In this document: one piece after another, positions 18,642 through 27,288 of the stretch
How the letters are laid out: every line of letters begins with the position of its first letter
Position numbering within the stretch: the stretch's first letter is position 1
Assembly (NCBI GenBank): GCA_035447445.1
Contig: DAOTGZ010000001.1
Span: 1 to 42,922, forward strand
Source of the DNA: Spirochaetota bacterium
GTDB taxonomy: Bacteria; Spirochaetota; UBA4802; JAFGJZ01
DNA length: 42,922 nt
Reading direction: 5' to 3'
The notes under the pieces: model-generated
Database searches by the model: none
What the model was told of the DNA's origin: nothing
What the model saw: the letters and a program-made list of their open reading frames with translations, nothing else
Program-made: the position numbers and the translations under genes

Positions 18642-20771
18642 ATGCGCCTATTGACTATTTTCCTATATCTAATTCCCTCTATGGCTTTTGCCTCTCAGGA
18701 TACACATTCAGCAAATATAACACATATGATGACAAAACTTGTCTTCGAAATCGGTGTAATCATATTCGCAGCTAAATTGGGAGGCATTACAGCAGAAAAG
18801 CTAAAAATGCCATCAGTCCTCGGAGAGTTGATTGCTGGTATTATTATTGGCCCTTATGCTCTAGGCATCATTGTTTTCCCCGGTTTCCCGGACGGACTCT
18901 TTCCAATATCTACAGCAACTGCGCTACCGATATCACCCGAACTTTATGGCTTTGCCACTATTGCATCTATCATTTTACTGTTCGCTGCTGGTCTTGAAAC
19001 TGATTTTACCCTTTTCTTGAAATATTCAGTTACCGGACTTTTCCTGGGAATTGGCGGAGTTGTTGTTTCGTTCGCTCTAGGGGCATTAACAACAACTTTT
19101 TTCATGAACGTCTCTTTTATGTCTCCACAAGCTCTGTTTTTAGGTGTTATGAGTACTGCTACTTCTGTTGGTATAACAGCCCGTATTCTTTCTGAAAGAA
19201 GAAAAATGGATTCCCCCGAAGGTGTTTCCATTATGGCAGGTGCGGTTATCGATGACATCCTTGGTATAATTATCCTGGCCATAGTGCTTGGAATATCAGC
19301 CGCGGCTACACATAGCTCTGGCAACTCTGTTGATTGGAGCAATATTGCATTTGTTGCCATCAAAGCTATCGGTGTCTGGGTTTTCTTTACTTTTCTTGGA
19401 ATAGTATTTGCATATAAAATAAGTCGCTTTTTGAAAATGTTTAAATCGGTATCCACCTTTTCTGTAATGTCTTTGGGCCTCGCTTTTATTTTGGCTGGTA
19501 TTTTCGAAAAAGCCGGCCTTGCAATGATTGTTGGTGCTTATGTAATGGGACTATCACTTTCACGTACGGATCTAAGCTTTGTTATTCATGACAAACTTCA
19601 CACAATACAACTATTTCTTGTACCAATATTTTTTACTGTTATGGGTATGCTTGTAAATCCAGCAACCCTCTTTTCTCGAGAAGTTCTCCTTTTTGGTACC
19701 GTTTATACAGCTGGAGCGGTTGCCGCGAAAATAATTGGTTGCGGCATTCCATCGTTAATTTTACGTTTTAACAAACTTGGATCACTCCGCATAGGTCTTG
19801 GTATGGTTCCACGTGGAGAAGTTGCCCTGATTATTGCCGGTATCGGATTATCTTATGGAATACTAGACAATACCATGTTCGGCGTGGGTATCATGATGAC
19901 TCTTTTAACAACACTTATCGCTCCCCCGCTATTGAACTTGTCATTAAAGAGTGATAAGTCGGGCACTAGAAAACAAGTTGAAAAGTCAAACCAAATAACC
20001 ACAACTTTCGCGACACCATCTGCAAGTTTAACTAAAATAATTGAAGACCGTATATTAGAAAATTTTCACGAAGAAGGTTTTTTTATTAACCTTATCGTTA
20101 CTAATGTTAATAACTATCATCTTAAGAAGGACGCAATCAACATTAACCTCACTGTAAGCCGTTTCGTTATTGAGTTTAAAACAGACGAAGCCGATTTGCC
20201 ATTTGTTAAAAATGTAATCTATGAAACATTGCTTAACTTTAAAACCGCAATTACAGAAGTTCAGAGTATTGTAGATTCTCTTGATATGCGAAAAGAAATT
20301 GTTGGCAAAGGCCGCACAAATAAGTCAGAAGTACGCAAACACCTTAAACATAGCAATATCATTATTGGACTTGAATCAAACACAAAAGAAGGTGTTATAA
20401 AAGAGCTTGTTTCAGTTTTTAAAGATTTTAAAGAGATCGGTGATCCTCGGGATATTATTTCCGCTCTTTTGGAACGTGAAAAAGTCATGAGTACCGGGCT
20501 TGCTGATGGCATTGCCATACCTCATGCAAAAACAGAGCAGGTTAAATCCATACAGCTTGTTATTGGTCTTGCACCAGATGGTGTAGATTTTGAATCACTT
20601 GACGGTAAGCCATCAAAAATATTTTTTCTAATCTTGTCACCTTTAAATGAATCATCCTCTCATCTTCAGATGATGTCAAATATTACTTCTATATTTTATG
20701 AAAAAGCAAACCGAAAAGAACTTCTATCATGTAGTGATACTCAAAGCATCATGGATTTCTTTTCAAAATAG
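18642..20771 (+). CDS. Cation:proton antiporter (CPA/Kef-type) fused to a C-terminal PTS EIIA(Ntr/Fru-type) domain
   Basis: The N-terminal roughly 430 aa are polytopic, with PSVLGELIAGIIIGP and GLETD motifs. The C-terminus carries EIIA-2 features (MSTGLADGIAIPHAKT, KIFFLILSP). I use the ATG at 18642; the track start 18543 is a TTG with no support. Confidence 0.8.
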   Translation: MRLLTIFLYLIPSMAFASQDTHSANITHMMTKLVFEIGVIIFAAKLGGITAEKLKMPSVLGELIAGIIIGPYALGIIVFPGFPDGLFPISTATALPISPELYGFATIASIILLFAAGLETDFTLFLKYSVTGLFLGIGGVVVSFALGALTTTFFMNVSFMSPQALFLGVMSTATSVGITARILSERRKMDSPEGVSIMAGAVIDDILGIIILAIVLGISAAATHSSGNSVDWSNIAFVAIKAIGVWVFFTFLGIVFAYKISRFLKMFKSVSTFSVMSLGLAFILAGIFEKAGLAMIVGAYVMGLSLSRTDLSFVIHDKLHTIQLFLVPIFFTVMGMLVNPATLFSREVLLFGTVYTAGAVAAKIIGCGIPSLILRFNKLGSLRIGLGMVPRGEVALIIAGIGLSYGILDNTMFGVGIMMTLLTTLIAPPLLNLSLKSDKSGTRKQVEKSNQITTTFATPSASLTKIIEDRILENFHEEGFFINLIVTNVNNYHLKKDAININLTVSRFVIEFKTDEADLPFVKNVIYETLLNFKTAITEVQSIVDSLDMRKEIVGKGRTNKSEVRKHLKHSNIIIGLESNTKEGVIKELVSVFKDFKEIGDPRDIISALLEREKVMSTGLADGIAIPHAKTEQVKSIQLVIGLAPDGVDFESLDGKPSKIFFLILSPLNESSSHLQMMSNITSIFYEKANRKELLSCSDTQSIMDFFSK

Positions 20772-20811
20772 GCGTTTGTTCTATTAATTTATTGAAATTA
20801 ACACATTTCTA

Positions 20812-20839
20812 TTCACTTTATTAAATATGGCAGTATAAT
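20812..20839 (+). promoter_or_regulatory. Candidate promoter of the 21003-23638 operon
   Basis: TTCACT-16 nt-TATAAT (perfect -10 at 20834-20839). It implies a leader of about 155 nt. Confidence 0.4.
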
Positions 20840-21002
20840 TTAAAACGGATATGGTTAGGAATCTAAAGTTATTCATATATTTTATAATGAAAAGTCAAAG
20901 AAGATATCAGATAAAGAAGTAAAATAAAAAGCAGTTTATGCCGAAAATATTGATAACCCTATTTACAGAACTGCATCTGTTTCGCGTTACCAATGAGAGG
21001 CC

Positions 21003-22046
21003 ATGAATACGACTGAGAAAATAGAAATTTACGACTATGATTCAGATACACTTATAAGCGAGTTTGATGAAAACAGCAGCATAGAGCTATATAGTGAATC
21101 TGGTAAACATATTAATTCTAACGAATTAAATCATGACACATTTACAGTTAGAACCTCCGAACCAATACAAAATGAGACCTTAGACAATGATCATTATGTA
21201 AAACAAAATTTATCAGAACCATCTGCTATCGAAGACGAAATTTCTATCAATAAAAATAAAACTACATCCAGAACAGAAGCAACCACAGTAAACAGCAATA
21301 TTAAACCAATATCTGCCCCATCCCATGATAAAGAAACTCGTATTCTTCCTTTATCCCGTTTAATGATCCGAGCCGACAAAATTGCGTACGCAATTATTAA
21401 CCACAAAGAGCTTGATGCCTCTTTTTTTATCGCGCCAGATGAGACTCCATTAACACAAGATGAAATTTTTGAAATAGTAAATCAGGCGGAAAAACTTGAA
21501 TTTATTGAATGTGAAGGTATCGGAAATAACAACGATGAGTGCTTTTCAAACATCTACACCGAAAATATCAGCCAAGAAGTCAAAAATGCCAATAAATCCG
21601 AATCTAATTCTTTAAAAAATGTAAAAAAACAAAATTTATATTACTCTTCACATTTTATTGAAAAACCCAATTTAGACGCACTACCTAAACCCGGTTTATC
21701 CGAAATTGAGCGAACAAGCATAGAAGAAGATATTTTCACCGAACATTCCCTTGTTATCGAAGAAAGCATAGAGGATATCAAACAAAAACTTTTAGAATAT
21801 TGGTACATGCAATGTGAGCAATGTGAAGATATTTCTGACACAATTGTAATTCTAGAAAACGATAGTGATGTAGAAAGATTCATTAATAATTTTCCCGATA
21901 TAGCGAAAAAGGAAAAACTTAAAACTCTTCTTGAATATTTTGGTAATCTTTTCGAAAAACTTCCTGAAGATACCCTTAATAGCTTTGCAAAGTCAGAGTA
22001 TTTTGATATGTACATTGATTTTATGAATCAACTTCAAAAAAACTAA
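21003..22046 (+). CDS. Acidic hypothetical protein (347 aa)
   Basis: Long ORF, very D/E/N/S-rich, with one CxxC (CEQC) and no recognisable domain. It ends 20 nt before the next gene on the same strand. Confidence 0.55.
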   Translation: MNTTEKIEIYDYDSDTLISEFDENSSIELYSESGKHINSNELNHDTFTVRTSEPIQNETLDNDHYVKQNLSEPSAIEDEISINKNKTTSRTEATTVNSNIKPISAPSHDKETRILPLSRLMIRADKIAYAIINHKELDASFFIAPDETPLTQDEIFEIVNQAEKLEFIECEGIGNNNDECFSNIYTENISQEVKNANKSESNSLKNVKKQNLYYSSHFIEKPNLDALPKPGLSEIERTSIEEDIFTEHSLVIEESIEDIKQKLLEYWYMQCEQCEDISDTIVILENDSDVERFINNFPDIAKKEKLKTLLEYFGNLFEKLPEDTLNSFAKSEYFDMYIDFMNQLQKN

Positions 22047-22066
22047 GGAAGCAAAGCACTTAACAA

Positions 22067-23638
22067 ATGGAAAAGAATGAACAAAAATTAAAGGACATTA
22101 GCGATATTATCACAGAGTTAGACAACACATTATCTAACGATACAATTTTTCTTGATCTTGAAGAAGATAGTAAGTCTGGCAATGAACAATATATTTCTCG
22201 AAAAAACCTGTTAAATGCTTCCGATAAAATTATACTTGATATTGCAAAAGAAATATCTGGAGCTAATTCCCTAAGCGAACTTTATGAAATTCTAATTTTT
22301 ACCGCAATTGGGCAATTAGGTATATCCTCCGCTTCAATTATTCATCCTTCAACTGTTTCAACAGAACGCTGGATCCTTGCAGAACATCACGGAATGAGGC
22401 TACGCAATCGCAACCTCACATTCAAATTGAACGATACTATTTTATCAAAAGCAATTAATAAAAAAGAGATAATCTATCTAGATGATTATCAATCTGATAT
22501 AAATGCTCAGGAAGAATATCAGAAATTTTTTTCGATTGGAGCTTCCCTTATCGCTCCGGCAATTATTAATGAAAACCTTATGTTCGCCTTAGTTGTTGGC
22601 TCAAAGCTCAAACAAGAAGAATTTTCCGACAACGATATAGTGTTTTTAAATGCTTTATTGGATATAACTTCCGTAATTTTTAGTAAAATTTCACAAATAG
22701 ATAAATTAAAAAATGAGCTTAAAGATCTTGCAACATTTCAAAAAAGATTGGATATGATTGATAATTACGAAGCAGATGTTCGGAAGACATCAACTCATAT
22801 TGAAATTGATAATATTATACAAAAAGAACTTTCATCATTGCAAATAAACAGCTACGCCCTTTTTTTTCGTAACGATTCAACAAATATGTTCGAAATTTTG
22901 TTCACCGAAAAAGAAGATCTTTTGCATCTGAAACGCAAGGGATACGAAATTACCAGCTCAAACGCTTTTATATCTTATTGTTTCTCAAACGATACTTATA
23001 CCGAAATAGAAAATCCTGTAACATCCCAGATTTTGAAAACAGTTTTTAACGACGATTTTCTTCTTAGAATTAATGTTTTTGGGGTTTATCCTTATTTAAT
23101 CAAAAAACAGTTATTAGGTTTTCTTCTTCTGTTAAGAGTCAATCTGGATGTATACAAAACTCATATAAATCAAGTTAAAAGATTTAGCCGGTTTATCTTT
23201 TCTCACCTGCAAACAAGTAAATATTTAATCTATTCAAAATCTTTCAGCGATGTTTTACAACCTCTTTTAACACGAATGCGGGAATTACAAATATCATGTC
23301 AAAACTCACGTATTCCACTAACTTTGATAATTATCAAAATTGGCGGTTACTCAAACTACATACAATCTGTAACGCTTCAACAAATAGCTCTATGCAATAC
23401 TCAAATAGAATCTATTTTTGACGAAAAACTGCAAGATGGAGATTATGCTTTCAGATTCGACATAGACAGGTATATAGTAGCTCTTCCCGGCCGGAAAAAA
23501 CGGGCTGGTCTTGGTTATTCAACAATTCTTAAAAGACTTATTGATGAGATAGAAGAAGAATTTACTGTAATTACAGCTGTTCACGAAATTCCTAAAGACG
23601 GCTCGGCTTTTGAAGAATTCTTAAAAGAGCTATCATGA
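22067..23638 (+). CDS. Tandem GAF-like domains plus a degenerate GGDEF-like C-terminal domain
   Basis: 523 aa with two GAF-like blocks (about aa 60-200 and 240-390). The C-terminus LTLIIIKIGGYSNY...DGDYAFRFDIDRYIVALPG follows the GGDEF-domain pattern, but the signature reads DIDRY instead of GGDEF/GGEEF. Confidence 0.55.
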   Translation: MEKNEQKLKDISDIITELDNTLSNDTIFLDLEEDSKSGNEQYISRKNLLNASDKIILDIAKEISGANSLSELYEILIFTAIGQLGISSASIIHPSTVSTERWILAEHHGMRLRNRNLTFKLNDTILSKAINKKEIIYLDDYQSDINAQEEYQKFFSIGASLIAPAIINENLMFALVVGSKLKQEEFSDNDIVFLNALLDITSVIFSKISQIDKLKNELKDLATFQKRLDMIDNYEADVRKTSTHIEIDNIIQKELSSLQINSYALFFRNDSTNMFEILFTEKEDLLHLKRKGYEITSSNAFISYCFSNDTYTEIENPVTSQILKTVFNDDFLLRINVFGVYPYLIKKQLLGFLLLLRVNLDVYKTHINQVKRFSRFIFSHLQTSKYLIYSKSFSDVLQPLLTRMRELQISCQNSRIPLTLIIIKIGGYSNYIQSVTLQQIALCNTQIESIFDEKLQDGDYAFRFDIDRYIVALPGRKKRAGLGYSTILKRLIDEIEEEFTVITAVHEIPKDGSAFEEFLKELS

Positions 23639-23640
23639 TT

Positions 23641-24543
23641 CTACCGCAAAACAGTCATTGGATTAATAACCGATCCACCTTTACGCACTTCAAAATGAAG
23701 ATGTGGCCCCGTTGACCGTCCACTGTTACCTGACAGAGCAATAATCTGTCCAGCAGTAACCGTATCTCCAATTTTCACCTTAAACTTACTTAAATGCCCA
23801 TAATATGTCTCATAACCATTTGTGTGTTTTATAATTACCAATTTACCATAGTTTCCATTGCTTCCACAAAAAGTAATTTTTCCCGATTTTGACGCCTTTA
23901 CAGGCGTACCGAGTGAGCACTTAAAATCAACTCCACTATGAAACGACGGAATACGCAAAAAAGGATCAATCCTGTTTCCATAAGCTGAAGTTATTCTGGT
24001 TTTATCTAATGGTTTACGAAACCCTGGACTTAGAAATGCCGAACGTTCTTCTCGCGACAAGTTTCCGCAAGGAATAAAAATAAACTCTTTATCCAATTTA
24101 TTAATCTTGTTTACGTATTTTATATAACGGGGATTAACCTTATACTTTAAGCCTATATCGTTAATTGTCTCATTTTTGTTTACCTTATGCACTATCCCTC
24201 TCATATTAGGGATAAATATTGTTGAGCCAACAGATATATCCGATGGATTTTCTAACTGATTTACTGTCATCAGAGTATCAATATTCAATGTGGTTCTAGC
24301 TATAATGTTCCAGAAATTATCATCTTTTTTTACTCTATATTTATAAAACTTAAGTTCAGGTATCTGTTTTTCATCCCGGTTGCTTTTTACAGTAGCAATT
24401 GTAGTTCTTATCTCAGCACGCAGGTTTTTTATCTCCTCACTGCTTCGTGACAAGTTTTTTAATCCGGGTTCTAAAGCTAATCCGGATTTTATTATTAATA
24501 GAACAGAGATAAATAGTATTGTTTTTTTCATAGAATGTGACAT
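23641..24543 (-). CDS. LysM-domain M23 metallopeptidase (secreted)
   Basis: 300 aa with a signal peptide. Two LysM-like segments (YRVKKDDNFWNIIART...VGSTIFIP; HKVNKNETINDIGLKY...). M23 motifs FHSGVDFKCSLGTPVKASKSGKI and GPHLHFEV. Confidence 0.85.
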   Translation of the reverse strand: MSHSMKKTILFISVLLIIKSGLALEPGLKNLSRSSEEIKNLRAEIRTTIATVKSNRDEKQIPELKFYKYRVKKDDNFWNIIARTTLNIDTLMTVNQLENPSDISVGSTIFIPNMRGIVHKVNKNETINDIGLKYKVNPRYIKYVNKINKLDKEFIFIPCGNLSREERSAFLSPGFRKPLDKTRITSAYGNRIDPFLRIPSFHSGVDFKCSLGTPVKASKSGKITFCGSNGNYGKLVIIKHTNGYETYYGHLSKFKVKIGDTVTAGQIIALSGNSGRSTGPHLHFEVRKGGSVINPMTVLR

Positions 24544-24612
24544 AACCTCTAATTTTTTTATCGGAAGAAAACTTCAATAATTTGACAATTTTTTTTCAGA
24601 AACCAAAAATAC

Positions 24613-24651
24613 CTTTACTGATACTATCTTTTACAAATAGTATCAGTAAAG
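24613..24651. promoter_or_regulatory. Perfect 15-bp inverted repeat (operator or terminator-like hairpin)
   Basis: CTTTACTGATACTAT (24613-24627), a 9-nt loop, then ATAGTATCAGTAAAG (24637-24651), followed on the + strand by the U-rich TTCTTGATTTTATT. It sits next to overlapping divergent -35-like hexamers TTGACA/TTGTCA at 24582-24588. Confidence 0.5.
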
Positions 24652-24794
24652 TTCTTGATTTTATTACTGGTAATCTCTAATAATTAATTTTCAACAAGGA
24701 ACTTGCCCTTGTAGGTTGTTCTTATCAGAACAATAAGCTTTTAGCATAAGATAAAAGCCCCATGGGTAATACGAAAAATTCCTTTAATAAAGCC

Positions 24795-24837
24795 ATAAAT
24801 ATCGCTGGCTTCAAAGCGATATTTATTAGCGTTTTTT
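24795..24837 (+). promoter_or_regulatory. Second terminator-like hairpin in the bactofilin upstream region
   Basis: ATAAATATCGCT / AGCGATATTTAT 12-bp stem with an 8-nt loop. A T6 run lies at 24832-24837. Confidence 0.45.
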
Positions 24838-24848
24838 CGAGTGACAAC

Positions 24849-24919
24849 GAGAAAAATTGTCTTTAATAGGCCTTAAACGGCATAGCCGTTCCAGAAATGG
24901 TAATTTTTCGAAGTTCCCT
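24849..24919 (-). repeat. Copy 3 (inverted) of the structured intergenic repeat
   Basis: The reverse complement reads AGGGAACTTCGAAAAATTACCATTTCTGGAACGGCTATGCCGTTTAAGGCC...AATTTTTCTCG, near-identical to 9979-10050. Confidence 0.85.
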
Positions 24920-24971
24920 ACTGTTAGTTTTATATAATCTTAACCTATTCGTATTTATTACAGGAGATACT

Positions 24972-25406
24972 ATGGCACTTGCAAAAAGCGGTGGTGATAC
25001 TGCCAACAATACCATTGGCGAGAGTTCATACTTTACAGGTAAATTTCATATTAATGGCTCACTTCGTATTGATGGTTGTTTTGAAGGCAAATATCTAAAA
25101 GCTGATCAACTATATATTGGACCAAAAGGACGTTTAAAAACAAATATCGAAGCTGTTTCAGTTATTGTGGAAGGCTTGATAATTGGAAATATCAATGCTT
25201 CCAGTAGGGTTTTATTAATGCCAACAGCCAAGGTTCTTGGAGATATCAGAACTCCCGAACTAATCATTCAAAATGGTGTTATTCTAGAAGGAAGATGCAC
25301 TATTGCCAATGACCTTAAGTCTTCGGCAAGAGAACTTATTGATAAAGAGTACCTGAAAAACAGGTTCGTACCAAATGAGTTTGTCGAATCCAGAAAACGT
25401 GCATAG
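24972..25406 (+). CDS. Bactofilin (DUF583) cytoskeletal protein
   Basis: SD AGGAG lies 5 nt upstream of ATG 24972. Sequence FTGKFHINGSLRIDGCFEGK...VIVEGLIIGNINAS..VLGDIRTPELIIQNGVILEG is the typical bactofilin beta-helix repeat. The track N-terminal extension from 24897 derives from the repeat element. Confidence 0.85.
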   Translation: MALAKSGGDTANNTIGESSYFTGKFHINGSLRIDGCFEGKYLKADQLYIGPKGRLKTNIEAVSVIVEGLIIGNINASSRVLLMPTAKVLGDIRTPELIIQNGVILEGRCTIANDLKSSARELIDKEYLKNRFVPNEFVESRKRA

Positions 25407-26394
25407 ATTTATAGCAATTACCGTTGGAGACCCTTCCGGTATTGGTCCGGAAGTGACTTTACGTGCCCTTGACCAGATTAACCAAACAGATTTTACTACT
25501 GTTGTAATAGGCAATTATGAATTGCTAAAAAATCTTTCTGTATCACTTGGAATCAAAAAACCACTTAAAACAGTAGACAATGATTTTTTTCATGCCCCTC
25601 CTGATAATTTAAAAGATATTTTTATATACGATATTGATTCACACCTTCCAATCCCTACTCCTAGGTTTCCCTCCGTCGAAACCGGAAAAGAATCCCTTGC
25701 CTATATTGATAAAGCTATTGAATTATGGAAGAAATCTTATATTTCAGGAATAGTCACAGGCCCCGTTAGTAAAAATCTTATAGAAAAAACTGGTATACGT
25801 TTTTCGGGTCATACAGAATATTTTGCTCAAATGATAGGTGAAGACACTCCATATATGATCATGTATTCTGATAAATACTCGGTTATACTCGTTACGACTC
25901 ATTTACCCATTAAAGATCTAGCAAATCACATTACAAAAGATAAAATTATCAAAACTGCAATCGAAGCACAAAGAAGTATGACTCTTATAAGAAACAAGAA
26001 ACCCAAGATTGCCATATGTGGTCTTGATCCTCACTGTGGAGATAATGGTGCAATAGGTTCATTCGATACTAGTATAACTTCCCCCCTGGTTCAGGAACTG
26101 CAACAGAATGGAATGGATATCTCGGGTCCTTTCGCTGCAGACACCCTGTTTTTACCGTCTGAATGGGAAAAATATGACATCGTAATTGCGCATTATCATG
26201 ATCAAGGATTGATTCCCTTTAAAATGATGGCTTTTGATACAGGAGTAAATGTAACAACAGGATTGTCGCTAATACGTACATCAGTCGATCATGGAACAGC
26301 TTTTAATATTGCAGGCCAAGGAATTGCCTCATTTTCTTCAATGATTCAGGCAATAAAACTTTGTAAATCTCTAATTAGGAATAAATCTCGCTAA
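25375..26394 (+). CDS. pdxA: 4-hydroxythreonine-4-phosphate dehydrogenase PdxA
   Basis: IAITVGDPSGIGPEV, SGHTEYFA, HYHDQGLIPFK, TSVDHGTAFNIAGQGIA. The start is uncertain: ATG 25375 overlaps the bactofilin gene by 32 nt, and an in-frame GTG at 25399 would overlap by 8 nt. Confidence 0.88.
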   Translation: MSLSNPENVHRFIAITVGDPSGIGPEVTLRALDQINQTDFTTVVIGNYELLKNLSVSLGIKKPLKTVDNDFFHAPPDNLKDIFIYDIDSHLPIPTPRFPSVETGKESLAYIDKAIELWKKSYISGIVTGPVSKNLIEKTGIRFSGHTEYFAQMIGEDTPYMIMYSDKYSVILVTTHLPIKDLANHITKDKIIKTAIEAQRSMTLIRNKKPKIAICGLDPHCGDNGAIGSFDTSITSPLVQELQQNGMDISGPFAADTLFLPSEWEKYDIVIAHYHDQGLIPFKMMAFDTGVNVTTGLSLIRTSVDHGTAFNIAGQGIASFSSMIQAIKLCKSLIRNKSR

Positions 26395-26786
26395 ATATCC
26401 TTAAGCTCGTGATTAATTGTTCTGATTGTTCTAAAAACCAGATCTTTACGGCTTGGAGCAAAAAGTTCAATAAACTTTACACTTTTCTTGTCATCACCTT
26501 CTAGAACGGTAATCATAAATCGTATATAGGCCTGTTTCTCTTCCATCACGACATTACCGTCTTTATTACGGGAATAGATCTCACTCTTGTTATTCATGGT
26601 TAAAATTATTACTTCGGCACGGTAATCACCGCTGATTTTAATAAGGCTTTTTTCTATTAATAAGGTATCTTTATCGGAAAAATTGGGACTTTCACTGCGA
26701 ATTTGCAAATCATTTGCCAAAACAACCGACACAAAGCTCGTAAACATAAAAACAGTTACAACACAAAACTTAATTCTATTTTTCAT
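26391..26786 (-). CDS. Small secreted hypothetical protein
   Basis: 131 aa with a signal peptide (KFCVVTVFMFTSFVSVVLA). Its stop codon overlaps the pdxA stop (CTAA). Confidence 0.5.
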   Translation of the reverse strand: MKNRIKFCVVTVFMFTSFVSVVLANDLQIRSESPNFSDKDTLLIEKSLIKISGDYRAEVIILTMNNKSEIYSRNKDGNVVMEEKQAYIRFMITVLEGDDKKSVKFIELFAPSRKDLVFRTIRTINHELKDI

Positions 26787-26844
26787 TTTATCTTTTACCG
26801 ATAATTATAATATGTGATTACTATTATGCTAAAATGGACTTGTT

Positions 26845-27288
26845 ATGGAAACAAACATTTTTTTGAAAACAATACCTTTTTTTATCTTCATATGGGGATT
26901 AGCAGCTGCATTTTTGATATTTAGACCACGCATTCCAGTATTATGGAAAATTGCTGCTTTTCTACTTTATTTATTCTATATTTGGGTGTTTAAGTCAGAT
27001 ATAGAACAATTCCTTATTATGGTTGGCCAAAACTGGTATATTACGACTATACTGTTTCTAAAAGAATCTCTTTACCTTACATTTTACCTTCTTATTATCT
27101 TTTGGCCAATTTCTTTATTCATAATTTTTTACAAATCCGATGATTTTGGAGCTGAAAGGTTACTAAAATTCATGATTTTCTTTACGATTATTTTTTGGAT
27201 TATTGTTGCTGTCTATTCTTATAACAAGAGGGGAATCGACAACCTGCTTTATAACAAGCTAACAGAACTATTCCCGTTTTTAAAATGA
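26845..27288 (+). CDS. Integral membrane protein (4 predicted TM helices), unknown function
   Basis: 147 aa and very hydrophobic. ATGA start/stop overlap with the next gene. Confidence 0.55.
   Translation: METNIFLKTIPFFIFIWGLAAAFLIFRPRIPVLWKIAAFLLYLFYIWVFKSDIEQFLIMVGQNWYITTILFLKESLYLTFYLLIIFWPISLFIIFYKSDDFGAERLLKFMIFFTIIFWIIVAVYSYNKRGIDNLLYNKLTELFPFLK

Noticed and set aside
18944-19456. 170-aa antisense ORF inside the antiporter gene, and similar nested ORFs at 8354-8764, 10771-11193, 21641-22015, 33461-33883, 34048-34407, 3931-4528, 31779-32768 and others
   Set aside because: All are embedded opposite or out of frame in longer ORFs with clear domain signatures. Their translations are low-complexity or Ser/Ile/Leu-rich with no motifs. 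Such shadow ORFs are expected in AT-rich DNA with long genes.
24897-24971. N-terminal extension of the bactofilin ORF (MVIFRSSLLLVLYNLNLFVFITGDT) as given in the ORF track
   Set aside because: The ATG and first codons come from the inverted repeat element. The same MVIFRSSLL peptide appears in the antisense ORF 9855-10058 over repeat copy 2. There is no SD there, whereas AGGAG precedes the ATG at 24972.
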